The notes below the pieces were generated by a model, which saw only the letters and a program-made list of their open reading frames with translations, was not told where the DNA came from and did not search any database. From Phallusia mammillata (Eukaryota): a stretch of 64,000 bases of DNA. The stretch covers positions 8,122,001 to 8,186,000 of the forward strand of contig OZ281500.1 of the NCBI GenBank assembly GCA_965637545.1, in the 5' to 3' direction. The translations under genes were made by a program, and so were the position numbers. Below are positions 26,933 through 39,090 of this stretch, piece by piece (the first letter of the stretch is position 1; each line of letters begins with the position of its first letter).

Positions 26933-29900
26933 TTAGCCACGGGCCACGCCACTCTGGACTACAGAGGTGGTACAGCATTTACAAACTCTCGCGAGATCAG
27001 CAACTGCTTGGCGCAGGCGTGGCATGTACAGGACAAGTAAAACGGGCGACACTATACAGTAAAAAAGACTCGAAACATAGGAAATGGTGACGATTTCAAC
27101 TTGGAGCGTAGTATATGAGCTGAAGTCAACCAACATGATCCCGAAGGTTGGTACAGAGCAAATAAGAAACAACACTGCGACGTATATCATGAGTCTTATT
27201 GTGTAGTTGCATGAGGGGGAGCTGCAGCACGTTGTGTTCGTGTGGTCGGGTTGATCACAGTTTTCTTTGTCGTAAGTCTAAGAGGTTGCATAAAAAACAA
27301 TTTTAAAAAAGTCGACAGTTTAAAAAAAAATAACATAAGCAATTAAAAAGTTAAAATACGAGTTCTATGTCCCAAACGCAGCCATACTTCGATGTATTTT
27401 GTATTTGTTGTATGTTATGTTTTGGGTATTTTTTGCTGTCGCTGTGACATAACACTAAAACTTAACTACTTAAGATTATGTCAGAATGTGCTAAGAGATG
27501 TTATGTCATAATGTGCTAAGATACATACATTTCTTGTTGAAAAGCCCAAACAAGGTACACTACTTACTGTGGTGTTGACTTCGTTCTCCTGTGTGTTTTC
27601 ATTATTACCCTGCTCCCTTGCCTCAGTGATTTCGGTAGGAACTGAAAAAAAAAAAAACTTCTCTACATAGATTCATTGTAGCTGCGCACCAAAAATATAC
27701 CTTCGTTCTGCGAATCTAATTCGACAAACGTTTCAACTTTCTTGGTTGAATTGAACATCCTAATTGTGGTAAAGAGCATTATCAAAATGCACATGGCAAG
27801 TATCAGCCACAGGATGGCGATCACAAGCAAATATGTTGTTGTCAGTGGTGGAAAAGTACGTGAACACCCGTCACCAACTAAAACAGCAACACCTCTATCG
27901 GTCAAAGTTAATTTAGATTCTCCGAATATACAATAACAGTTCTTAGCTAAAGCAATGCATTTTTACGAGTATTGCTCTTCCAGCAGTTTTTATCATAAAT
28001 ATAATCGACGTTTGTGTGTGTTTTGTTGCAATTGTCGCTTTTAAAAAAGTCTTGCAAGATATGCCATTATCCTAAGGAAGGCGTCTTGCATGGGATGTCG
28101 AAACGTCGATTATTTACACTAAACACTGCTGGAAGACCAATAATCGTTTATAAATTATACTTGGCAACAATAGCTCAGATACACTTTTTATATTAGTTGA
28201 CTTTCGTAATTGAAGTTTTAACAAATTTAAATAAACAACAACTAGTTCAGGCAACAGCTCACCTCGCTTGTTGCAGAGAGAGTGCCAGTCATAGTACACT
28301 CTGTTGCACTCGCATTGATGTATGCAGTTCCAGCCTATAGCGCTAGCCAAAGCGAGACATAAAGGAAACAACCAAGTTGCTGTTACGATGAGTATTGCCC
28401 TATTTCGTTTTTGACGAATTGACCTCCGTGTCTTCATCTGAAAAATAAGGATTAAAACATTATTTAAGCACTAGTGAACCACTAAACAGAGTAAAGAAGA
28501 GCTCATAGCCTATATCAGTGGTTCTCAAAGTATGGGTCGCGACCCAAACATGGGTCGCGCAGGGTCACAAAATGGGTCGCGCTGTGATGATTCAATTCTG
28601 CCCAAACGAACTTTGTTCATTTCAATTTTCAAGTATTTTTAATGCTCAATCATGACTGAATTATTGTGTCATAGGCATTTTATGTGGCTTTATCTTAGTA
28701 ACCTTGGAGTATTGCAGCATAAGTAAATGGTTTTCTGAGAGTTTTGATAGCACCGTAGCCAAATACAGCCTCACTGGACAACGCTATGCAGCAAAATGAA
28801 CCAATCATTATAACATGCAGACAATAGCCTTGCAATTATCTGTTACGCACACGGCGATTGTAACACGTTAGCACGGGGAATGATAGGAGGTTAATCATAC
28901 CAAACTGAATTTTGGAAAGTAACAGTTAGCGTTGATAACTATTCATACAAAAATAAATAATACATTTTTGTTGTTTGAGACTTGGGTCGCAAGATGTTCA
29001 TAAATCTCAGATTTGGGTCGCGGTCAAAAAAGTTTGAGAACCACTGGCCTATATAGTTGTCTCGAAACTTTTATTCAATGCGAGCTTCTAAGACAACATT
29101 GCTTAACCTTGACTGTGCCGACCAATATCTTACATTTGTAAAGTTAGTTGGGCAATTTGCATCCATAAGTTTAAACAGATTACTTTTCCGGGCAAAATGG
29201 TATTAGTTTTCAAGAAATAGTGTAAAAATTACGATGTCGAGATTAAGAGTCCCTGGTGTATAGGCAACTATTTTATCAGGACGCTTTTGTGGACCAACAG
29301 CGTTAAATCTACGCCACTTCCTTCTACCATGCACTTACGTCATTTATCTCTAGTAAGGTAAGATCAATGAGAACAGGACAAACAAAGAGTTAATGGGGAA
29401 ACGGAAGTTGAGTTCGCAAGGAAGTTGGGTCAACTATATCTCGTGCACAATTGCCGCCGACCTCAGTAAAAAAGTTTTAACAATACTTACCTTTTTCTCC
29501 GTTACTGCTGCAGCACCAGGTCCTATAAAGTAGGAACTTTCGCGAAGTCCAAATATAAGGGAAGATACGTTAGCACTCATGACCAGGAACATGGTCAACA
29601 CTGTACCGTTGCGCAAGACCCACCAAAACCGAAGTACTTGATCTGCTAAGCTGGTTCCAAAGCTTAATTAAAAATGACTTTATTGTTTGTATCAGTAAGA
29701 TAGTAAGAGTTAATGGATAATAACGTAGGAAGATATTGCTTATGATAAATGACTTTCCTAGCAGGCTTTTGATTTTGCGTCAAAACGAAATGCAAATAAA
29801 ATGAATTTAGGCTTAAGGAACTTACTAATGTCTGATTTCCTCAAAAACGAAGGCCCGATTGGCAAGTATATACATAGCAAACAGGCCGTATATAATGTTC

Positions 29901-30152
29901 GCTGCAAGCATGCTGAGCACATACAAATACACGTAATTGTTCCTGAGCTTCGATCTACTTCGTATTGCCGCCACTGCCACCACGACGTTAAGCAGAATCT
30001 ACGAATAAATAAATACATGACAACAATTGGTGAAAAATTGTAAATCAATGTTTGCGTTTTAATACCTGTAGGAAAGGAATGATGATCGCCACTCCCATAA
30101 GAGGAATTTTTTGCAGCATGCAGGTTGTAAGATTGTTGTAAGATTGGTCCAT
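26933..30152 (-). CDS. Orphan class-A GPCR, S1P/LPA/cannabinoid-receptor-like (paralog D), 7 exons, about 400 aa
   Basis: Exons 30152-30066, 29998-29826, 29662-29491, 28437-28263, 27877-27701, 27641-27568, 27277-26933. Exons 2-4 have the same lengths as in paralog C (173, 172, 175 nt). Confidence 0.9.
28516..29046. mobile_element. 531-bp hAT (Charlie/Buster-like) MITE in intron 3 of paralog D
   Basis: TIRs CAGTGGTTCTCAAA / TTTGAGAACCACTG; perfect TSD GCCTATAT; repeated TGGGTCGC subterminal motifs at both ends. Confidence 0.93.
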
Positions 30153-32014
30153 GCTGAATTGTTTATTGATCCTCTTGTGTGTAAAATCCACACGCAATTG
30201 TCTTTTAGATGCAAACCAGGTCTCTACACATTAACCAAGAAGGGATAAATAATTTAACGAATGTGACTTCATACCTGTTTGCAACAATGCTATAGCTTTT
30301 AGAAGCCGTTTTCACTTTAGTCGATTATTTTATAAATCACAACAAAACAAAATGTTTTTCACTCATGTAAAGATTTTTATTCAATCGTATACAATTAAAC
30401 AGCCTATGTCAATTACGCATGCTATCAACCCCTATGATTAGCAAAAGCTATGGTGATTTAATTGACTGCCAATAAGAACTTGTGTACAATACTAACCTGT
30501 TTTCACAAATAAATTGGGACTAACGTCTGAAAACAAGCTTTACTAATTATACTGCAAAGACGCCTGTGTACATCGTTGAGCTCGAATAACATCCTGAAAA
30601 GTAAAACCTTGATTGCTGACTCTAAACAGCTGCCAATTTCCCTTTTGTATACCAGCAGGTCAACACGCTAAACAAGATGCGCTGTTTCCACGAACGGGGT
30701 TTCCTGTCATAGTGATGAATTGATTGCTCATCTTAAACCCAGAAATGCACGATTAACGTGTTAAATTCGTCTTTATTTAACTCGATTATGGAAATTAATT
30801 GTTACAGCAACATTGTTTTGAAATATTCGCAATACTTTGGCTGCATTCAATTAATTGTTTGCACATTTTGCTGCATAAGGTATATTTTCGTATTTTCCTG
30901 CATTTGAGTATACAATGTGACCTATCTTAATGCCAATTAAGGGGATTCAATAAATAATCATATAAAAATAAGTGCAAGCACTATTTGCTCTTGTATATCT
31001 TTAACTTTATTTCGACCCATTGTTTTTGTTGAGATTTTAGGTTTTGAGATCAAATTTTGAGAATACGGCCTAACGATTTGTTTTGGTAACTTCAAGTTGC
31101 CCATAAGTGCCCCTATGCTTTGAATATGTTGCACTCACCAAAATGACCCCGAACTTACTGGAAATAAACAATCAAATAAAATATTAACTTAATTTAAATG
31201 TCAGACTCAATTGCTACTAAACTTGTACCCCTTAGCTGGTATTGTTTTAGGAAACGTTTCATGCTTTTACTACTGCTATTTTTGCTTTTTACCTACAATC
31301 CTCACATCGATCCGACATATAGGCTAATTTCAAACCAATAAATGTCAGCCTACAATTGCACAATACCACTCAAACACCAGTCTTTATTCAAATATGCGCC
31401 AAATAAGAACGCGGATGTTCGTGCCAAAAATAAATCCTTAATTTTATTTACAATTGCTCCATGGCGACATCTATTTGATAAAAGTAAATTTATTTCAGCA
31501 TTCCCAAGTATGTGGCAAACAACATTACTCATTAGATAAAACTTTTTAAAGAACAATAAAGTACTGACATTAAATTTAATTTTTTCTTGATATTTATTTA
31601 GTTGCAGTGCTTTAAATATAGTTAAAGAATCAAATGTTTAAGACGGTAAAGCAGTTTGGTGTACTTTAGAAAATATGGCAATTTTACTCTCTTCCAACAT
31701 ATGTAAATAACACTTTTATACAATTTTTCAATAAAATAACGTTCTTTTCGTCGTCTGAGAGTTAAAATCATTGCACAGGTGAACTGTACATTTGCGTAAG
31801 GCTAAAGCAATATTAATCATAGAAAACTATGACAAATAAATAACAATGAATAAACTTTCCAAACGCTTTGAATACCTTAATAAGCGTGACCAACCCCATT
31901 ACAATTACCCGACCTTTCGACGACCATGGATACTTGCTATATTTATAACGAAGGTCATTGATCACAAGTTCTGTTTTTGGCAAAGGTGCGCAAGATTGAA
32001 TGAACCCCTCTGAA

Positions 32015-35000
32015 TCACGGCTTTGTGCTCTTACGAGTCCCGGAGGTACTTCCACGACTGACCACAGTTTTCGTACAGCAATAAAACGACTGCAGAAGAC
32101 TAATAACCGCATAACGCAAGCCGTACATGTAGTAAACCAAAATAATTGGACTTGCCATGCCGTATATATACACTACAACAATGCCGAGCAATACGGCAGG
32201 CAGATTGAGTACGTAAGGGATGGTTACAATGTCGATGAAGATAGTGATCATTGAGGGTGCGGAGCATAGTATGAAGAGGACAGAGATAAGGATCATAGAC
32301 TTAATGCTGTGGCTAAGGTGGGAAAGTTTCGCTCTGCGGTGAGGAAGAGATTGTGTGTGTCCGTTTTTCTGCACGAAAAAGAAATGCTTTGGCGTTCACA
32401 TTCACAATCACAAACATTGATTATTATTTATTTGTGTGGTGAAAGTTAAATTTCTTCATCGTAATTATGTTTGCCAAAACTACCAAACTAATTCTGTCTT
32501 AATATTATTTTCAGCACAAACTAGTCAGAAAAAGAAACTTGTATTAGAACATCCATTCATAACTGGATCAGCTTTTGCATACATATTTGCATACATACGA
32601 ATATGTCACAGGTTTGGCGCAGAGTCTACGTTCCTTATGGTGACAAACATGCGACATTTCGACAACATTTTAAGAAAATTTAAAATAGAAATTTAGACTC
32701 CAAATTCTAGGCCCAAAAGCCATTTATGGAGTTGTACAAAGCTTACCACTGAGTTTCGTTTCGGACTTCCGCCTGTGAAAACGTTATCATCGTCCTGACT
32801 GTTGGTGCCTGCGGCAAAAAGAAACGAGTAAAGATATTTGCAATTCCAAAACCTGTATGAATATAGTCTATAACATTACGTTTTCAATGTTTGTTTAATA
32901 TCCCTATCTAACCAATATATCGCCAATCCCGCCCCAACAAAAATCATAAGAAAGGCTTAGTCACTGCATTTAAAGCGGCATTTCCTGATGTATTGTAGAA
33001 ATTCCTAGTTGTACAAATTTATGTTATGTGTTATATAATAAAATATTGAAATTTATTTATTTTCCTTCCCAATTCCTCTGCCACAAATTTCCTCACTGAA
33101 ATTAAAAATCCCTTGGTTAGAGAGCCAAGTGACCCCATTTGAGAACCACTGGTTTAGAAGATATTTAGTTTTGCGATTCACAGAAGTTACAACCATTTTT
33201 GTTACTTGATTAACCCGACTTTGTAGCGGTAGCCTTCTTGTATGATAAGGGACTCTTCTAGTTTTAAAATGACTAAAGTGTAATCAGTTTGGTATCAGAT
33301 ATTTTTCGGTTTTGCCTGGAAAGTTTTAAAAATAAAAGCGAAACCAAACTGTTTGGGTATGAAGTAATGCTCAAAGTTTTATATGCCTGATTTTCGCGTG
33401 ATTCATTAAAATCCATTATCTCTATAAAACAATATCGCAACGAAGAAATTGCCTTTTCTTGGTTGGTTTTTTGCAAAAGGCATGTTTCAAAGCGGTTTAC
33501 GTGTCCTTGGAAAATTCGGTTCAAAATATTCAACAATTGTACCGAATTTTGTAGAAGTAGTTTAACTTTTTTCTGATCGTTCGGTTTTAGTCCAACCTTT
33601 TAAAAGCGTCTTGGTACGTCTCGACTTGGGACATTGCAAAACCTAAACGTTTTGTCGGTCCATTAAGTTTGAATAATTGGAAATGAATGTAACAGAATTC
33701 TAACCGACGATGACGGCTTCTACATTTTCTTTCAACACGGACTAGTTATTGGTCACCTTTAATTCAAAAACTGTTGTACAACTCAACTTACCACCACTTT
33801 CAGCAACATAAGACACCGAAGTAATAGCAGTCGACCTTGGGAATCGAGCGCTCGTTGCACAACGGTATTTTCGGTATGTTGACACCATGGTGGCCAGAAG
33901 CACGATTGCCAAAAGAAGCCAGATGATTATTACAGTCAGCATGAAGCTGTTTGACATATTCTCAAACACCCGACTGCACTCCTTGTGTCTATCTGTAAAC
34001 GTTATTAGATTGAAGTGATTGTCGTTTTAATGCAAACCCACAAACAGAGGCCGCGCCTTCAGCTATAAATATAGAACCTAATTAGTTTGTTAGGAATGCG
34101 TGTGAGATTGGATTGATTCAGGCTGGCTTCAACGCCTTCAATGGGCCTGGCGTACTATGATCTACGTGATTTTCTTAATGTTATTGTTATGTTGTACTGG
34201 ACAACATTCAGATGTTAGTCCCGAATGCAGGTCGTCACAAAACATAAAGGTCACGATTTACGTCTTACTTATGGATCGTGTTTTTAGTTATAGCACGTAA
34301 GATCACAAATCAAGGGGATTGCAGCGTAATGCAACGATACACAGCATGTTAGCGGCTACAGAACGTGCAGCATTTTAACACACTTAGATCATTGTTGGCA
34401 ACTAAGTCTAACATACGTTGTCATGTCGATGATCGTGTAACCAAATATTTTTATTCTGTACTATTTTGTCTTTTGTTGTTGCACTGATATGTGCATTTTG
34501 TAACTTCGGCGATTTGTGATATGCGGCACACATAACGTGTATCTTTGCTGTGTGCCAACGGCTACCAGTGACGCTAAATGGCGTTATACGCACTGCTTTA
34601 GTAATCAGACATAAGAACGGCTTCCTGTTTTATAAAGTTGGTTTAATATACGTGTGGCTTGAGTGGCGTAAGGTATTGACTTCCTGAAGTTTTAACAAAG
34701 TTGCGAAACTAAACCAGAACAGTGTGCGAAACCGTTGCTGCACGGTTTTGTGACAAAATTAGGGAGACAAAGGGATTTATTGGCAAGAATAATGTTGCCG
34801 CCCACGACCGGTAAACCAAACCCCAGACTGCCAAGGTACTTCCGTAACAGTTGCTTCATATGTGGCTATTGAAATGATCAAAATCACAAAACAACAACAA
34901 GACTCACCTCCTTGGCAGATGTAATGCTCGGCGTAGTAAGCATCAAAACACTCGCACAGACTAAGGCAATTCCATTCTGTTGCTGCTACGATTGATAGAA

Positions 35001-36564
35001 TGAGTGGCACAAACCAGGTGAAAATTACAATCCCAATCGCCTTGTTTCTCTTTCGTTCTGGAGATTCACTTTTGACCTCCTGAAAAGTCGACAAGTTAGA
35101 GAAAACAGCGTTAATATACTCTCTTCAATGTGAGTCATTTTCACCAGCACGCTACACATAATACACTCAAATATTTTAGCTTTATTATTACCACATTTTG
35201 ACTAACATTCTAGTTCTAAAGTTCTAAAAGGACATTTACTGTTTCAAGAAAGCTTTTTTCACAACGTAAAGTTTAATTTGTCAGTTTGTTACACATGGAA
35301 ATGTTTTTCTTTGCGTTGGTTTTGACTATTAGTTTTTCTATCACTTAAGTTTGTACCTGACATGACGAGCTGCCGCTTCTAGTGAGTCCCCCGGGTCCAA
35401 TAAAGTACGAACTCTCCCGTAAACCGTAAATGAGAGCCGATACGTTGGCGCTCATGGTAAGGAACAATGTAATTTGGAAGGCAGCGCGAAAACCCCACCA
35501 GGCTTTCACGGTTGAATGATGGGAATGATCATTGGCGATTCTAAAACAAAGATGAACTCCAGTTTATGCATACAGGTAACTTGACAACAGCACTGTCAGT
35601 ATCTTAGAAAACTTTGGAATGAGCATTTTTTGTAGGAACCATACAAGTGGGTGTGGGATTAGTTTAACTTAAGGCTCATGGAGTTGGATCAATGTGAAAG
35701 GGTGGCATGTGTTTGAAAATTAAAATGAATACGTATAAAGTTTGAATGTTTAAGTATTTGTGTGGAAGGCGTTTGTAAGTTAGTTTTTTTTGTTAAGAAT
35801 CACAAAAAAACGCCAGGTTTCTTGGTGATCACATGGCAATGCGGTGGTTAAATGAGTCATTTGCCTTAACCGCCTTAACTCACAACAGTTGTTTGGTGTG
35901 CCATTATTGTGCTTGGTGTGCCATTGTGTTGTCTAAATTTAATTCATAGTTAATATATGTGTGTCATCTATTTATAAAGCGGTAATGGCAACACAAGAAG
36001 TCAATAGAGGGTTTAACAATGGTTTAAATAAACAGCCCAATCCGTTAAACTTTTGCCCAGTTACCTGTACATATCTGTTGAATCAAAAACTTTGCCATGT
36101 TCGAAGTGATGAGCCTTGTTGAGGAACGCGTAGAATGTAACAATACCGAAAATCATGTTGGCAGACAACAGGCTAACTACGTTCACGTAAACGAAGTTGT
36201 TGCGCAATTTATGTCTGCTTCTGATGGCGGCCACGCTCACGAATCCGTTCAGAAACGCCTGTGCTCCAGGATAAAACAACTGGTTAATCAGAAAGCTTTA
36301 CATATGCATGTAAATGTTTAAGGAAAAACATGCTTGCGTATTTTTATGCAAACGTTGGCTTGCATATTTTTAAACATTTTTGAAGATAACAAAGTAGTGG
36401 ATTTATAAATTTGTGTTACAATGTGTTGCAAAGTAAAATACTTTTTTCAAACTTTGAAACTTTGATTTTTATGGCATTGTTCTCACCTGAAGAGCGGGAA
36501 TGAAAGACACGATTCCCGCTTGAGTAAGGGGTTCTGCATTACAAGACATGTTGTGAACGTCCAT
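32015..36564 (-). CDS. Orphan class-A GPCR, S1P/LPA/cannabinoid-receptor-like (paralog E), 7 exons, about 414 aa
   Basis: Exons 36564-36487, 36258-36065, 35540-35357, 35079-34908, 33992-33792, 32808-32747, 32368-32015, phases 0,2,0,1,1,0. Motifs SALIYGLRESSYFIGPG, EWNCLSLCEC, LCSAP, YGMASPIIL. Confidence 0.9.
32925..33151. mobile_element. Right-end remnant of a CAGTGGTTCTC-family hAT MITE
   Basis: Ends in TTTGAGAACCACTG; left TIR not found. Confidence 0.55.
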
Positions 36565-38589
36565 TGCTTCAATACCCATACTAGTAAACTACTTTATTGA
36601 GGAAAAACCTGAAACATGTCGATATAGATTGAGGAAAGTAAACGAAGCATTCACGAAAACGGTTTACACAAATTTTGTATCCTTGGTCTAACTTTCCACT
36701 GTGCTTTGCTTACACTGAAAAAAATCTTTTTCCAACTTGCAGCAACTGCTTTAGTTTAAAAGCTGATAATTTGGCATTTATGTCACTTGCCCGGCGTTTG
36801 ACGGAGATTGGCACAGTAACGTGTTCTCAACGTTAGTTTTCCGCACTAAGCGTGCCAAGTGTTGCTAACTGGAATTTTCCTGTTTCTTGCTATTTACTGG
36901 TATTTTTGTTCAAGGTTTTCCAATTGAAATAATGTGTTAATATCTTACACAGCGCATGTACTAAACTGTAGCATCTCTGAGATGTTACTTCGAAGAAGTT
37001 TCGAATCAACTGAGCGCCAGGAGCAGACTTCCCGTTGGTTATGCGACCGGTCTGATACGTCACGGTTACACAGCAAACGTGACGTGATCCCCCCCCCCCA
37101 CATCACGCCGAAAATGTAGACAAACCCACGCCAGTTTGCCAATTCCTATCTCGTTTTGCACCACTCAGTCACATGCATGTAATGATAAGGTTTTTCTCGA
37201 ATTAACTGGTAATTTACAAAATTTGTATTTTCAACCATTCTGTCTGTAAATATTATTACAAAAACATAAAGTAAACCTAGGATCTGTGACATAACTGTTG
37301 CAAATATGTCCCACGTGCGGCGGTTGGTTACATTACAAAAAACCACCTTCCGCTTATGCTTTGTGGGTAGGACTGTTGTTACGTCATCATACTTTTTACA
37401 CAGTATACAAAAATGGCCGGTGTCTATCTTGTCGAAGCTGACTAACAGCATCACAGAAAAACGTTTGATCACATGATTACTTGCAATCTAAGTTTGATCC
37501 TGCTTTACAACAAAGCACACAACCAATTGTTTTTTTTCTAACTGAACCCATGCTTTCGCTAAAACTAAGATCAAGATAAAGAGACTTCTAAGCGTTTTCA
37601 ATGATTTTTACCACGCAGATTTGATGACCTGTTGCTTTGGGTAAAATTTTTTTCCAGTCCAGCTATACCTTCAATGTGCCTTTAGCAATGTGTGCGACTG
37701 CATAATGACTTCTGCGTACGGTCTTTTGTTATAATGGTACAGCGTTTGAAATAGCGATCTATAATTGTCGTATACCTATACGTACAATGTACTCTGTATT
37801 AACTGTTGATGACAGTACTGCTGTGTCTACATTAATCTGATGAACCTTTGGATTGGTAACTTGGGTAATTAATCACTCATACAAGGTTTATTGTTTAAAC
37901 TAATTGTACCGACTAATTTTCTCTGCGCTAGGGAAAAAACCTGCATGGCCCGAACACAAGATTTAGCAAATTTCAGGGCGCGGGAAATACTCTAATCTCA
38001 TCATGGCACGTTTTGTTAGCGCAACATGACATTTGTAATAAAACCTGACGCAAGGTTTGTGTATTTATAGATGGACACGCACAAAAAACCTGGCAATGAC
38101 AAAAAGGCACCACGGGAGACCCAGGATGATGAATGTCAACAAACCAATCAAAACCGAAAAACAAATTCTCCAGTGAAATATTACGTAAATGGAGCTTACG
38201 TAAAAGTGCATAATATCTTAAAATGAACTTAAAGTAGTATTATTGTTCAACTTTTACTACAAGATCGGGCATATTCAGTGGGAAATTGCCGTTAAAAAAT
38301 CGTGTATCTTTATTGCCATCTACTCATGTGCACGTACAAACACTTCATTGTAAATTTTATTCGAATTTCACTTTCATATGTTTCAGGGTTTCTGTCGTCG
38401 CTGCATTTTGCCACAGGGCTCCTTCAACGCGTGTTGTGCGTCGGCATGCTGCCATGGTAACCAGAACGAAATTGATCTTAACCTTACAAGAAGCATTTGC
38501 TCAAAATACCTGCTATTGCGCAACGGTTCTCTTGTGCTCAATGTCCTTACATGTTATACTTACATGCACGGAAAGTAGCGAAAAAGGAT

Positions 38590-38754
38590 AAATTCATAAC
38601 TGGAAACAGCCCTAGAGCGTCTGTATGCAGACCAGCGATCACGTCCCACTCTTAAATCTATAAATCACAGTAAACCAGGCTCATGGAAGGTGTCATACCT
38701 AATTACCCGGTCACCAAGCATTCCCATATGGCAAGGCGTAGGCAAGAAAAATGC
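38590..38754 (-). repeat. Dispersed repeat body following the tRNA-like head; degenerate copies near 34085-34170 (+) and 47370-47460 (+)
   Basis: GCCTGG…ACT.TGAT.TA is shared by all three copies; CGTGATCGCTGGTCTG…GGGCTG..CCAG.TATGAAT is shared with the 47.4-kb copy. Confidence 0.55.
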
Positions 38755-38828
38755 GGCCTGTGGTGGGTATCGAACCCACGACAGGAGTCTTTCCGGGACT
38801 CGCGCTCTACCAGCTGAGTTAGGCAGGC
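38755..38828 (-). pseudogene. tRNA-like sequence (tRNA pseudogene or head of a tRNA-derived SINE)
   Basis: GCCTGCCTAACTCAGCTGGTAGAGC…GAGTC-CCGGAAA-GACTC…GTGGG-TTCGATA-CCCAC…CAGGCC. A box, B box, T arm and anticodon-like stem are present, but the acceptor stem has two mismatches and a GGA loop is combined with a short variable arm. Confidence 0.7.
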
Positions 38829-39090
38829 TCAGCAGTGAACCCATCGAAAGTCATAAGCACCGAAAAAGGACGGTGCTAAGTTATTTTGCGGTTTTACTTC
38901 CAAACTCCATTGTGGAACCTTTGATAGCAGTGACACACCAATTTTATATATTATTGAAAATGTTGCTAGCAGAACAGTCGGTATGCGCAGTGTGTCTGTG
39001 TATTTACCAAGTGCATTTTCAAAAAAAGTGACGATAAATATGCTCATTATACACTGTAACATTTCTCAATTACAAAAAGCAAATGTTGTG

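Noticed and set aside
37973-38591. Small Cys-rich or hydrophobic ORFs on both strands
   Set aside because: No consistent splice model or recognisable domain.
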